Shown: in pieces, positions 45,601 to 61,600 of the stretch
Position numbering within the stretch: position 1 is the stretch's first letter
How the letters are laid out: the number at the start of each line of letters is the position of its first letter
Origin: the human T2T-CHM13v2.0 reference genome, Homo sapiens
Direction: 5' to 3'
NCBI GenBank assembly: GCA_009914755.4
Contig: CP068257.2
Location: 1,632,001-1,696,000 of the forward strand
Length of the DNA stretch: 64,000 nt
Translations under genes and position numbers: made by a program
Notes under the pieces: model-generated
The model's database searches: none
The model's input: the letters and a program-made list of their open reading frames with translations, nothing else
Told to the model about the DNA's origin: nothing

Positions 45601-48600
45601 TACATCAAATATAGATTATATACTGTACATAAAATATCAATGTACCCCAAATATATATTTTATACTCTACATGAAATATCAAATTTCACAAACCATATAT
45701 TATATACTGTACATAAATATCAAAGTACCCAAGGTATGTATTCTATACTGTACAAAAAATATCAAAGTACCCAAAGCATGTATTATATACTGTACATAAA
45801 ATATGAAAGTACATCAAATATATATTTTATTCTGTACATAAAATATCAAAGTACACCAGATATATATTCTATAGTGTACATAAAATATCAAAGTACCCAA
45901 ACTATACATTATACACTGTACATAAAATATGAGATTACATCAAATATATATTAGGTACATTAAATATGAAAGTACATGAAATATAGATTATATACTGTAC
46001 ATAAAATATCAAAGTACCCCAAATATATATTATATACTCTACATGAAATATCAAAGTTCACAAACTATATATTATATACTGTACATAAAGTATCAAAGTA
46101 CCCAAGGTATATATTCTATACTGTACAAAAGATATCAAAGTACCCAAAGCATGTATTATATACTGTATATAAAATATGAAAGTACATTAAATATATATTT
46201 TATTCTGTACATAAAATATCAAAGTACACCAGATATATATTCTATAGTGTACATAAAATAACAAAGTACACAAACTATAAATTATATACTGTACATAAAA
46301 TATGAAATTACATCAAATATATATTAGGTACATAAAATATGAAAGTGCATCAAATATAGATTATATGCTGTACATAAAATATCAATGTACCCCAAATATA
46401 TATTTTATACTCTACATGAAATATCAAAGTTCACAATCCATACATTATATACTGTACATAAAATATCAAATTACCCAAGGTATATATTCTATACTGTACA
46501 AAAAATATCAAAGTACCCAAAGCATGTATTATATACTGTACATAAAATATGAAAGTACATCAAATATATATTTTATTCTGTACATAAAATAATAAAGTAC
46601 ACCAGATATATATTCTATAGTGTACATAAAATATCAAAGTACCCAAACTATACATTACATACTGTACATAAAGTATGAAATTACATCAAATATATATTAT
46701 ATTAGGAACATAAAATATGAAAGTACATCAAATATAGATTATTAACTGTACATAAAATATCAAAGAACCCCAAATATATATTATATACTCTACATGAAAT
46801 ATCAAAGTTCGCAAACTATATATTATATACTGTAGATAAAATATCAAAGTACCCAAGGTATATATTCTATACTGTACAAAAAATATCAAAGTATCCAAAG
46901 CATGTATTATACACTGTACATAAAATATGAAAGTACATCAAATATATATATTATTCTGTACCTAAAACATCAAAGTACACCAGATATATATTTTATAGTG
47001 TACATAAAATATCAAAGTACCGAAACTATACATTATATACTGTACATAAAATATGAAATTACATCAAATATATATTATATTAGGTACATAAAATATGAAA
47101 GTACATCTAGTATAGATTATATACTGTACATAAAATATCAAAGTACACCAAATATATATGATATACCGTACATGAAATATTAAAGTTCACAAACTATATA
47201 TTATATACTGTAGATAAAATATAAAAGGACCCAAGGTATATATTCTATACTGTACAAAAAATATCAAAGTACCCAAAGCATGTATTATATACTATACATA
47301 AAATATGAAAGTACATCAAATATATATTTTATTCTGTACATAAAATAACAAAGTACACCAGATATATATTTTATAGTGTACATAAAATATCAAAATACTC
47401 AAACTATACATTACATACTGTACATAAAATATGAAAGTACATCAAATATATATTATATTAGGAACATAAAATATGAAAGTACATCAAATATAGATTATTA
47501 ACTGTACATACAATATCAAAGTACCCCAAATATATATTATATACTGTACATGAAATATCAAAGTTCACAAACTATATATTATATACTGTACATAAAATAT
47601 CAAAGTACCCAAGGTATATATTCTATACTGTACAAAAAATATCAAAGTACCCAAAGCATGTATTATATACTGTACATAAAATATGAAAGTACATCAAATA
47701 TATATTTTATTCTGTACATAAAATATCAAAGTACACCAGATATATATTCTATAGTGTACATAAAATATCAAAGTACCCAAACTATACATTATATACTGCA
47801 AATAAAATATGAAATTACATCAAATATATTTTATATTAGGAACATAAAATATGAAAGTACATCAAATATAGATTATATACTGTACATAATATATCAAAGT
47901 AACCCAAATATATATTATATACTCTACATGAAATATCAAAGTTCACAAACAATATATTATATACTGTACATAAAATATCAAAGTACCCAAGGTATATATT
48001 CTATACTGCACAAAAAAATCAAAGTACCCAAAGCATGTATTATATACTGTATATAAAATATGAAAGTACATCAAATATATATTTTATTCTCTACATAATA
48101 TATCAAAGTACACCAGATATATATTCTATAGTGTACATAAAATAACAAAGTACACAAACTATAAATTATATACTGTACATAAAATATGAAAGTACATCAA
48201 ATATATATTAGGTACATAAAATATGAAAGTACATCAAATATAGATTATATACTGTACATAAAATATCAATGTACCCCAAATATATATTTTATACTCTACA
48301 TGAAATATCAAATTTCACAAACCATATATTATATACTGTACATAAATATCAAAGTACCCAAGGTATGTATTCTATACTGTACAAAAAATATCAAAGTACC
48401 CAAAGCATGTATTATATACTGTACATAAAATATGAAAGTACATCAAATATATATTTTATTCTGTACATAAAATATCAAAGTACACCAGATATATATTCTA
48501 TAGTGTACATAAAATATCAAAGTACCCAAACTATACATTATACACTGTACATAAAATATGAGATTACATCAAATATATATTAGGTACATTAAATATGAAA

Positions 48601-51600
48601 GTACATGAAATATAGATTATATACTGTACATAAAATATCAAAGTACCCCAAATATATATTATATACTCTACATGAAATATCAAAGTTCACAAACTATATA
48701 TTATATACTGTACATAAAATATCAAAGTACCCAAGGTATATATTCTATACTGTACAAAAGATATCAAAGTACCCAAAGCATGTATTATATACTGTATATA
48801 AAATATGAAAGTACATTAAATATATATTTTATTCTGTACATAAAATATCAAAGTACACCAGATATATATTCTATAGTGTACATAAAATAACAAAGTACAC
48901 AAACTATAAATTATATACTGTACATAAAATATGAAATTACATCAAATATATATTAGGTACATAAAATATGAAAGTGCATCAAATATAGATTATATGCTGT
49001 ACATAAAATATCAATGTACCCCAAATATATATTTTATACTCTACATGAAATATCAAAGTTCACAATCCATACATTATATACTGTACATAAAATATCAAAT
49101 TACCCAAGGTATATATTCTATACTGTACAAAAAATATCAAAGTACCCAAAGCATGTATTATATACTGTACATAAAATATGAAAGTACATCAAATATATAT
49201 TTTATTCTGTACATAAAATAATAAAGTACACCAGATATATATTCTATAGTGTACATAAAATATCAAAGTACCCAAACTATACATTACATACTGTACATAA
49301 AGTATGAAATTACATCAAATATATATTATATTAGGAACATAAAATATGAAAGTACATCAAATATAGATTATTAACTGTACATAAAATATCAAAGAACCCC
49401 TAATATATATTATATACTCTACATGAAATATCAAAGTTCGCAAACTATATATTATATACTGTAGATAAAATATCAAAGTACCCAAGGTATATATTCTATA
49501 CTGTACAAAAAATATCAAAGTATCCAAAGCATGTATTATACACTGTACATAAAATATGAAAGTACATCAAATATATATATTATTCTGTACCTAAAACATC
49601 AAAGTACACCAGATATATATTTTATAGTGTACATAAAATATCAAAGTACCGAAACTATACATTATATACTGTACATAAAATATGAAATTACATCAAATAT
49701 ATATTATATTAGGTACATAAAATATGAAAGTACATCTAGTATAGATTATATACTGTACATAAAATATCAAAGTACACCAAATATATATGATATACCGTAC
49801 ATGAAATATTAAAGTTCACAAACTATATATTATATACTGTAGATAAAATATAAAAGGACCCAAGGTATATATTCTATACTGCACAAAAAATATCAAAGTA
49901 CCCAAAGCATGTATTATATACTATACATAAAATATGAAAGTACATCAAATATATATTTTATTCTGTACATAAAATAACAAAGTACACCAGATATATATTT
50001 TATAGTGTACATAAAATATCAAAATACTCAAACTATACATTACATACTGTACATAAAATATGAAAGTACATCAAATATATATTATATTAGGAACATAAAA
50101 TATGAAAGTACATCAAATATAGATTATTAACTGTACATACAATATCAAAGTACCCCAAATATATATTATATACTGTACATGAAATATCAAAGTTCACAAA
50201 CTATATATTATATACTGTACATAAAATATCAAAGTACCCAAGGTATATATTCTATACTGTACAAAAAATATCAAAGTACCCAAAGCATGTATTATATACT
50301 GTACATAAAATATGAAAGTACATCAAATATATATTTTATTCTGTACATAAAATATCAAAGTACACCAGATATATATTCTATAGTGTACATAAAATATCAA
50401 AGTACCCAAACTATACATTATATACTGTAAATAAAATATGAAATTACATCAAATATATTTTATATTAGGTACATAAAATATGAAAGTACATCAAATATAG
50501 ATTATATACTGTACATAATATATCAAAGTAACCCAAATATATATTATATACTCTACATGAAATATCAAAGTTCACAAACAATATATTATATACTGTACAT
50601 AAAATATCAAAGTACCCAAGGTATATATTCTATACTGCACAAAAAAATCAAAGTACCCAAAGCATGTATTATATACTGTATATAAAATATGAAAGTACAT
50701 CAAATATATATTTTATTCTCTACATAATATATCAAAGTACACCAGATATATATTCTATAGTGTACATAAAATAACAAAGTACACAAACTATAAATTATAT
50801 ACTGTACATAAAATATGAAATTACATCAAATATATATTAGGTACATAAAATATGAAAGTACATCAAATATAGATTATATACTGTACATAAAATATCAATG
50901 TACCCCAAATATATATTTTATACTCTACATGAAATATCAAAGTTCACAAACCATATATTATATACTGTACATAAATATCAAAGTACCCAAGGTATGTATT
51001 CTATACTGTACAAAAAATATCAAAGTACCCAAAGCATGTATTATATACTGTACATAAAATATGAAAGTACATCAAATATATATTTTATTCTGTACATAAA
51101 ATATCAAAGTACACCAGATATATATTCTATAGTGTACATAAAATATCAAAGTACCCAAACTATACATTATACACTGTACATAAAATATGAGATTACATCA
51201 AATATATATTAGGTACATTAAATATGAAAGTACATGAAATATAGATTATATACTGTACATAAAATATCAAAGTACCCCAAATATATATTATATACTCTAC
51301 ATGAAATATCAAAGTTCACAAACTATATATTATATACTGTACATAAAATATCAAAGTACCCAAGGTATATATTCTATACTGTACAAAAGATATCAAAGTA
51401 CCCAAAGCATGTATTATATACTGTATATAAAATATGAAAGTACATTAAATATATATTTTATTCTGTACATAAAATATCAAAGTACACCAGATATATATTC
51501 TATAGTGTACATAAAATAACAAAGTACACAAACTATAAATTATATACTGTACATAAAATATGAAATTACATCAAATATATATTAGGTACATAAAATATGA

Positions 51601-52990
51601 AAGTGCATCAAATATAGATTATATGCTGTACATAAAATATCAATGTACCCCAAATATATATTTTATACTCTACATGAAATATCAAAGTTCACAATCCATA
51701 CATTATATACTGTACATAAAATATCAAATTACCCAAGGTATATATTCTATACTGTACAAAAAATATCAAAGTACCCAAAGCATGTATTATATACTGTACA
51801 TAAAATATGAAAGTACATCAAATATATATTTTATTCTGTACATAAAATAATAAAGTACACCAGATATATATTCTATAGTGTACATAAAATATCAAAGTAC
51901 CCAAACTATACATTACATACTGTACATAAAGTATGAAATTACATCAAATATATATTATATTAGGAACATAAAATATGAAAGTACATCAAATATAGATTAT
52001 TAACTGTACATAAAATATCAAAGAACCCCAAATATATATTATATACTCTACATGAAATATCAAAGTTCGCAAACTATATATTATATACTGTAGATAAAAT
52101 ATCAAAGTACCCAAGGTATATATTCTATACTGTACAAAAAATATCAAAGTATCCAAAGCATGTATTATACACTGTACATAAAATATGAAAGTACATCAAA
52201 TATATATATTATTCTGTACCTAAAACATCAAAGTACACCAGATATATATTTTATAGTGTACATAAAATATCAAAGTACCGAAACTATACATTATATACTG
52301 TACATAAAATATGAAATTACATCAAATATATATTATATTAGGTACATAAAATATGAAAGTACATCTAGTATAGATTATATACTGTACATAAAATATCAAA
52401 GTACACCAAATATATATGATATACCGTACATGAAATATTAAAGTTCACAAACTATATATTATATACTGTAGATAAAATATAAAAGGACCCAAGGTATATA
52501 TTCTATACTGTACAAAAAATATCAAAGTACCCAAAGCATGTATTATATACTATACATAAAATATGAAAGTACATCAAATATATATTTTATTCTGTACATA
52601 AAATAACAAAGTACACCAGATATATATTTTATAGTGTACATAAAATATCAAAATACTCAAACTATACATTACATACTGTACATAAAATATGAAAGTATAT
52701 CAAATATATATTATATTAGGAACATAAAATATGAAAGTACATCAAATATAGATTATTAACTGTACATACAATATCAAAGTACCCCAAATATATATTATAT
52801 ACTGTACATGAAATATCAAAGTTCACAAACTATATATTATATACTGTACATAAAATATCAAAGTACCCAAGGTATATATTCTATACTGTACAAAAAATAT
52901 CAAAGTACCCAAAGCATGTATTATATACTGTACATAAAATATGAAAGTACATCAAATATATATTTTATTCTGTACTTAAAATATCACAGT
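45100..52990. repeat. Three tandem copies of a 2629-bp super-repeat
   Basis: Pseudo-ORF triplets at exact +2629 steps: 45557/48186/50815, 45640/48269/50898, 45976/48605/51234, 46043/48672/51301, 46302/48931/51560, 46902/49531/52160, 47550/50179/52808. Translations are identical or differ by 1 aa. Nucleotide comparison of 45170-45600 with 47799-48229 is essentially identical. Divergence begins near 52980. Confidence 0.85.
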
Positions 52991-53939
52991 ACACCAGATA
53001 TATATTTTATAGTGTACATAAAATATCAAAGTACCCAAACTATACATTATATACTGTACATAAAATATGAAATTACATCAAATATATATTATATTAGTTA
53101 CCTAAAATATGAAAGTACATCAAATATAGATTATATACTGTACATAAAATATCAGAGTACCCCAAATATATATTATATACTGTACATGAAATATCAAAGT
53201 TCACAAACTATATATTATATACTGTACATAAAATATCAAAGTACCCAAGGTATATATTCTATACTATACAAAAAATATCAAAGTACCCAAAGCATGTATT
53301 ATATACTGTACATAAAAGATGAAAGTACATCAAATATATATTTTATTCTGTACATAAAATAACAAAGTACACCGGATATATATTTTATAGTGTACATAAA
53401 ATATCAAAGTACCCAAACTATACATTACATACTGTACATAAAATATGAAATTACATCAAATATATATTATATTAGTTACCTAAAATATGAAAGTACATCA
53501 AATATAGATTATATACTGTACAGAAAATATGAAAGTACCCCAAATATATATTATACACTGTACATGAAATATGAAAGTTCACAAACTATATATTATATAC
53601 TGTACATAAAATATCAAAGTACCCAAGGTATATATTCTATACTGTACAAAAAATATCAAAGTACCCAAAGAATGTATTATATACTGTACATAAAATATGA
53701 AAGTACATCAAATATATATTTGATTCTGTACATAAAATAACAAAGTACACCAGATATGTATTTTATAGTGTACATAAAATATCAAAGTACTGAAACTATA
53801 CATTACACACTGTACATAAAATATGCAATTACATCAAACATATATTATATTAGGAACATAAAATATGAAAGTACATCAAATATAGATTATTAACTGTACA
53901 TAAAATATCAAAGAACCCCAAATATATATTATATACTGT

Positions 53940-55400
53940 ACATGAGATATCAAACTTCACAAACTATATATTATATACTGTACATAAAATATCAAAGTAC
54001 CCAAGGTATATATTCTATACTATACAAAAAATATCAAAGTACCCAAAGCATGTATTATATACTGTACATAAAAGATAAAAGTACATCAAATATATATTTT
54101 ATTCTGTACATAAAATATCAAAGTACACCAGATATATATTATATAGTGTACATAAAATATCAAAGTACCCAAACTATACATTATATACTGTACATAAAAT
54201 ATGAAATTACATCAAATATATATTATATTAGGTACATAAAATATGAAAGTACATCAAATATATATTATATACTGTACATAAAATATAAAAGTACCCCAAA
54301 TATATATTATATACTGAACATGAAATATCAAAATACACAAACTATATATTATATACTGTACAAAAAATATCAAAGTACCCAAGGTATATATTCTATACTG
54401 TATAAAAAATATCAAAGTACCCAAAGCATGTATTATATACTGTACATAAAATATGAGAGTACATCAAATATATATTTTATTCTGTACATAAAATATCAAA
54501 GTACACCAGATATATATTTTATAGTGTACATAAAATATCAAAGTACCCAAACTATACATTATATACTGTACATAAAATATGAAATTACATCAAATATATA
54601 TTATATTAGGTACATAAAATATGAAAGTACATAAAATATAGATGATATACTGTACATAAAATATCAAAGTAGCCCAAATATATATTATACAGTGTACATG
54701 AAATATCAAAATTTACAAAATATATATTATATAATGTACATAAAATATCAAAATACCCAAAACAAGTATTATATACTGTACATAAAAGATGAAAGTACAT
54801 CAAATATATATTTTATTCTGTACATAAAATATCAAAGTACACCAGATATATATTTTATAGTGTACATAAAATATCAAGGTAACCAAACTATACATTATAT
54901 ACTGTACATAAAATATGAAATTACATCAAATATATATTATATTAGGTACGTAAAATATGAAATTACATCAAATACAGATTATATACTGTTCATAAAATAT
55001 AAAAGTACCCCAAATATATATTATATACTGTACATGAAATATCAAAATACAGAAACTATATATTATATACTGTACAAAAAATATCAAAGTACCCAAAGCA
55101 AGTATTATATACTGTACATAAAAGATGAAAGTACATCAAATATATATTTTATTCTCTACGTAAAATATCAAAGTACACCAGATATATATTTTATAGTGTA
55201 CATAAAATATCAAAGTACCCAAACTATACATTACATACTGTACATAAAATATGAAATTACATGAAATATATATTATTTTAGGAACATAAATATGAAAGTA
55301 CATCAAATATAGATTATTAACTGTACATAGAATATCAAAGAACCCCAAATATATATTATATACTGTACATGAGATATCAAACTTCACAAACTATATATTA
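53940..55400. repeat. Island of domain-B-type monomers, including an X-block copy, embedded about 24 kb away from the domain-B region
   Basis: Minus-strand pseudo-ORF 54606-54803 is identical to those at 20145, 22245, 25899 and 27999. + strand pseudo-ORF 54692 (MYMKYQNLQNIYY...) matches the X-block type. The B-type monomers ataaaatataaaagtacccc and caaaatacacaaac are present. Confidence 0.65.
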
Positions 55401-58400
55401 TATACTGTACATAAAATATCAAACTACCCAAGGTATATATTCTATACTGTACAAAAAATATCAAAATACCCAAAGCATGTATTATATACTGTACATAAAA
55501 TATGAAAGTATATCAAATATATATTTTATTCTGTACATAAAATATCAAAGTACACCAGATATATATTTTATAGTGTACATAAAATATCAAAGTACCCAAA
55601 CTATACATTATATACTGTACATAAAATATGAAATCACATCAAATGTATATTATATTAGGTACATAAAATATGAAAGTACTTCGAGTATAGATTATTTACT
55701 GTACATAAATTATCAAAGTACCCCAAATATATATGATATACTGTACATGAAATATCAAAGTTCACAAACGATATATTATATACTGTAGATAAAATATCAA
55801 AGTACCCAAGGTTTATATTCTATACTGTACAAAAAATATCAAAGTACCCAAAGCATGTATTATATACTGTACATAAAAGATGAAAGTACATCAAATATAT
55901 ATTTTATTCTGTACATAAAGTAACAAAGTACACCAGATATATATTTTATAGTGTACAGAAAATATGAAAGTACCCAGCTATACATTACATACTGTACATA
56001 AAATGTGGAATTACATCAAATATATATTATATTAGGTACATAAAATATGAAAGTACATCAAATATAGATTATATACTGTACATAAAATATCAAAGTACTC
56101 CAAATATATATTACATACTCTACATGAAATATCAAAGTTCACAAACTATATATTATATACTGTACATAAAATATCAAAGTACCCAAGGTATATATTCTAT
56201 ACTGTACAAAAAATATCAAAGTACCCAAAGCATGTATTATATACAGTAAATAAAATATGAAAGTACATCAATTATATATTTTATTCTGTACATAATATAT
56301 CAAAGTACACCAGATATATATTCTATAGTGTACATAAAATAAGAAAGTACACAAACTATAAATTATATACTGAACATAAAATATGAAATTACATCAAATA
56401 TATATTAGGTACATAAAATATGAAAGTACATCAAATATAGATTATATACTGTACATAAAATATCAATGTACCCCAAATATATATTTTATACTCTACATGA
56501 AATATCAAAGTTTAGAAACCATATATTGTATACTGTACATAAAATATCAAAATACCCAAGGTATATATTCTATACTGTACAAAAAATATCAAAGTACCCA
56601 AAGCATGTATTATATACTGTACATAAAATATGAAAGTACATCAAATATATATTTTATTCTGTACATAAAATATCAAAGTACACCAGATATATATTCTATA
56701 GTGTACATAAAATATCAAAGTACACAAACTATACACTATATAATATACATAAAATATGAAATTACATCAAATATATATTAGGTACATAAAATATGAAAGT
56801 ACATCAAATATAGATTATATACTGTACATAAAATATCAAAGTACCCAAATATATATCATATACTGTACATGAAATATCAAAGTTCACAAACTATATATTA
56901 TATACTGTACATAAAATATCAAAGTACCCAAGGTATATATTCTATACTGCACAAAAAATATCAAAGTACCCAAAGCATGTATTATATACTGTATATAAAA
57001 TATGAAATTACATCAAATATATATTTTATTCTGTACATAAAATATCAAAGTACACCAGATATATATTCTATACTGTACATAAAATAACAAAGTACACAAA
57101 GTATAAATTATATACTGTACATAAAATATGAAATTACATCAAATATATATTAGGTACATAAAATATGAAAGTACATCAAATATAGATTATATACTGTACA
57201 TATAATATCAAAGTACCCAAAATATATATTTTGTACTCTACATGGAATATCAAAGTTCACAAACCATATATTATATACTGTACATAAAATATCAAGGTAC
57301 ACAAGGTATATATTCTATACTGTACAAAAAATATCAAAGTACCCAAAGCATGTATTATATACTGTACATAAAATATGAAAGTACATCAAATATATATTTT
57401 ATTCTGTACGTAAAATATCAAAGTACACCAGATATATATTCTATAGTGTACATAAAATATCAAAGTACCCAAACTATACATTATATACTGTACATAAAAT
57501 ATGAAATTACATCAAATATATATTATATTAGGTACATAAAATATGAAAGTACATCAAATATAGATTATATACTATATAATAAAAATACCAATGTACCCAA
57601 ATATATATTTTATACTGTACATGAAATATCAAAGTTCACAAACTATATATTATATACTGTACATAAAATATCAAAGTACCCAATGTATATATTCTATACT
57701 GTACAAAAAATATCAAAGTACCCAAAACATGTATTATATACTGTACATAAAATATGAAAGTACAACAAATATATATTTTATTCCGTACATAAAATATCAA
57801 AGTACACCAGATATATATTCTATAGCGTACATAAAATATCAAAGTACACAGACTATACATTATATACTGTACATAAAATATGAAATTACATCAAATATAT
57901 ATTATATTAGGTACATAAAATATGAAAGTACATCAAATATAGATTATATACTCTACATTAAATACGAAAGTACCCAAATATATATTATATACTCTCAATG
58001 AAATATCAAAGTTCACAAACTATATATTATATACTGTACATAAAATATCAAAGTACCCAAGGTGTATATTCTATACTGTACAAAAATATCAATGTACCCA
58101 AAGCGTGTATTATGTACTGTATATAAAATATGAAAGTACATCAAATATATATTTTATTCTGTACATAAAATATCAAAGTACACCAGATATATATTCTATA
58201 GTGTACATAAAATAACAAAGTACACAAACTATACATTATATACTGTACATAAAATATGAAATTACATCAAATATATATTAGGTACATAAAATATGAAAGT
58301 ACATCAAATATAGATTATATACTCTACATAAAATATCAATGTACCCCAAATATATAATTTATACTCTACATGAAATATCAAAGTTCACAAACCATATATT

Positions 58401-58699
58401 ATATACTGTCCATAAAATATCAAAGTACCCAAGGTATATATTCTATACTATACAAAAAATATCAACGTACCCAAAGCATGTATTATATACTGTACCTAAA
58501 ATATGAAAGTACATCAAATATATATTTTATTCTGTACATAAAATAACAAAGTACACCAGATATATATTCTATAGTGTACATAAAATAACAAAGTACACAA
58601 ACTATAAATTATATACTGTACATAAAATATGAAATTACATCAAATATATATTAGGTACATAAAATATGAAAGTACATCAAATAAAGATTATATACTGTA

Positions 58700-61600
58700 C
58701 ATATAATATCAATGTACCCCAAATATATATTTTATTCTCTACATGAAATATCAAAGTTCACAAACCATATATTATATACTGTACATAAAATATCAAAGTA
58801 CCCAAGGTATATATTCTATACTGTACAAAAAATATCAAAATACCCAAAGCATGTATTATATACTGTACATAAAATATGAAAGTACATCAAATATATATTT
58901 TATTCTGTACATAAAATATCAAAGTACACCAGATATATATTCTATAGTGTACATAAAATATCAAAGTACCCAAACTATACATTATATACTGTACATAAAA
59001 TATGAAATTACATCAAATATATATTAGGTACATAAAATATGAAAGTACGTCAAATATGGATTATATACTGTACATAAAATATCAATGTACCCCAAATATA
59101 TATTATATACTGTTTATGAAATATCAAAGTTCACAAACTATATATTATATACTGTATATAAAATATCAAAGTACCCAAGGTATATATTCTATACTGTACA
59201 AAAAATATCAAAGTACCCAAAGCATGTATTATATACTGTACATAAAATATGAAAGTACATCAAATATATATTTAATTCTGTACATAAAATATCAAAGTAC
59301 ACTAGATATATATTCTATAGTGTACATAAAATATCAAAGTACCCAAACTATACATTATATACTGTACATAAAATATGAAATTACATCAAATATATATTAT
59401 ATTAGGTACATAAAATATGAAAGTACATCAAATATAGATTATATACTGTACATAAAATATCAAAGTACCCCAAATATATATTATATACTGTACATGAAAT
59501 ATCAAAGTTCACAAACTATATATTATATACGGTACATAAAATATCAAAGTACCCAAGGTATATATTCTATACTGTACAAAAAATATCAAAGTACCCAAAG
59601 CATGTATTATATACTGTACATAAAATATGAAAGTACATCAAATATATATTTTATTCTGTACATAAAATATCAAAGTACACCGGATATATATTCTATAGTG
59701 TACATAAAATATCAAAGTACCCAAACTATACATTATATACTGTACATAAAATATGAAATTACATCAAATATATATTAGGTACATAAAATATGAAAGTACA
59801 TCAAATATAGATTATATACTGTACATAAAATATCAAAGTACCCAAATATATATCATATACTGTACATGAAATATCAAAGTTCACAAACTATATATTATAT
59901 ACTGTACATAAAATATCAAAGTACCCAAGGTATATATTCTATACTGCACAAAAAATATCAAAGTACCCAAAGCATGTATTATAGACTGTATATAAAATAT
60001 GAAATTACATCAAATATATATTTTATTCTGTACATAAAATATCAAAGTACACCAGATATATATTCTATAGTGTACATAAAATATCAAAGTACCCAAACTA
60101 TAAACTATATACTGTACATAAAATATGAAATTACATCAAATATATATTAGGTACATAAAATATGAAAGTACATCAAATATAGATTATATACTGTACATAA
60201 AATATCAATGTACCCCAAATATATATTTTATACTCTACATGAAATATCAAAGTTCACAAACCATATATTGTATACTGTACAAAAAATATCAAAGTACCCA
60301 AGGTATATATTCTATACTATACAAAAAATATCAAAGTACTCAAAGCATGTATTATATACTGTACCTAAAATATGAAAGTACATCAAATATATATTTTATT
60401 CTGTACATAAAATATCAAAGTACACCAGATATATATTCTATAGTGTACACAAAATATCAAAGTACCCAAACTATACATTACATACTGTACATAAAATATG
60501 AAATTACATCAAATATATTTTATATTAGGTACATAAAATATGAAAGTACATCAAATATAGATTATACACTGTACATTAAATACTAAAGTACCCCAAATAT
60601 ATATTTTATACTGTACATGAAATATCAAACTTCACAAATTATATATTATATAGTGTACATATAATATCAAAGTACCCAAGGTATATATTCTATACTGTAC
60701 AAAAAATAACAAAGTACCAAAAGCATGTATAATATACAGTACATAAAATATGAAAGTACATCAAATATATATTTTATTCTGTACATAAAATATCAAAGTA
60801 CACCAGATATATATTCTATAGTGTACATAAAATATAAAAGTACCCAAACTATACATTATATACTGTACATAAAATATGTAATTACATCAAATATATATTA
60901 TATTAGGTACATAAAATATGAAAGTACATCAAATATAGATTATATACTGTACATTAAATACCAAAGTACCCCAAATATATATTTTATACTGTACATGAAA
61001 TATCAAAGTTCACAAACTATATATTATATACTGTACATAAAATATCAAAGTAACCAAGGTATATATTCTATACTGTACAAAAAATATCAAAGTACCCAAA
61101 GCATGTATTATGTACTGTACCTAAAATATGAAAGTACATCAAATATATATTTTATTCTGTACATAAAATATCAAAGTACACCAGATATATATTCTATAGT
61201 GTACATAATATATCAAAGTACCCAAACTATACATTATATACTGTACATAAAATATGAAATTACATCAAATATATATTATATTAGGTACATAAAATATGAA
61301 AGTACATCAAATATAGATTATACACTCTACATAAAATATCAAAGTACCCAAAATATATATTATATACTCTACATGAAATATCAAAGTTCACAAACTATAT
61401 ATTATATACTGTACATAAAATAAAGTCCCCAAGGTATATATTCTATACTGTAGAAAAAATATCAAAGTACCCAAAGCATGTATTATATACTGTATATAAA
61501 ATATGAAAGTACATCAAATATATATTTTATTCTGTACATAATATATCAAAGTACACCAGATATATATTCTATAGTGTACATAAAATAACAAAGTACAAAA

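Noticed and set aside
17458-57860. Minus-strand ORFs (e.g. 17458-17655, 20145-20342, 31803-32108, 55136-55387, 57636-57860)
   Set aside because: Same artefact on the reverse strand. The reverse complement of several monomer types is also stop-free in one frame, and the ORFs recur at exactly the super-repeat offsets (2100, 2687, 5754 bp), i.e. they are copies of repeat structure, not genes.
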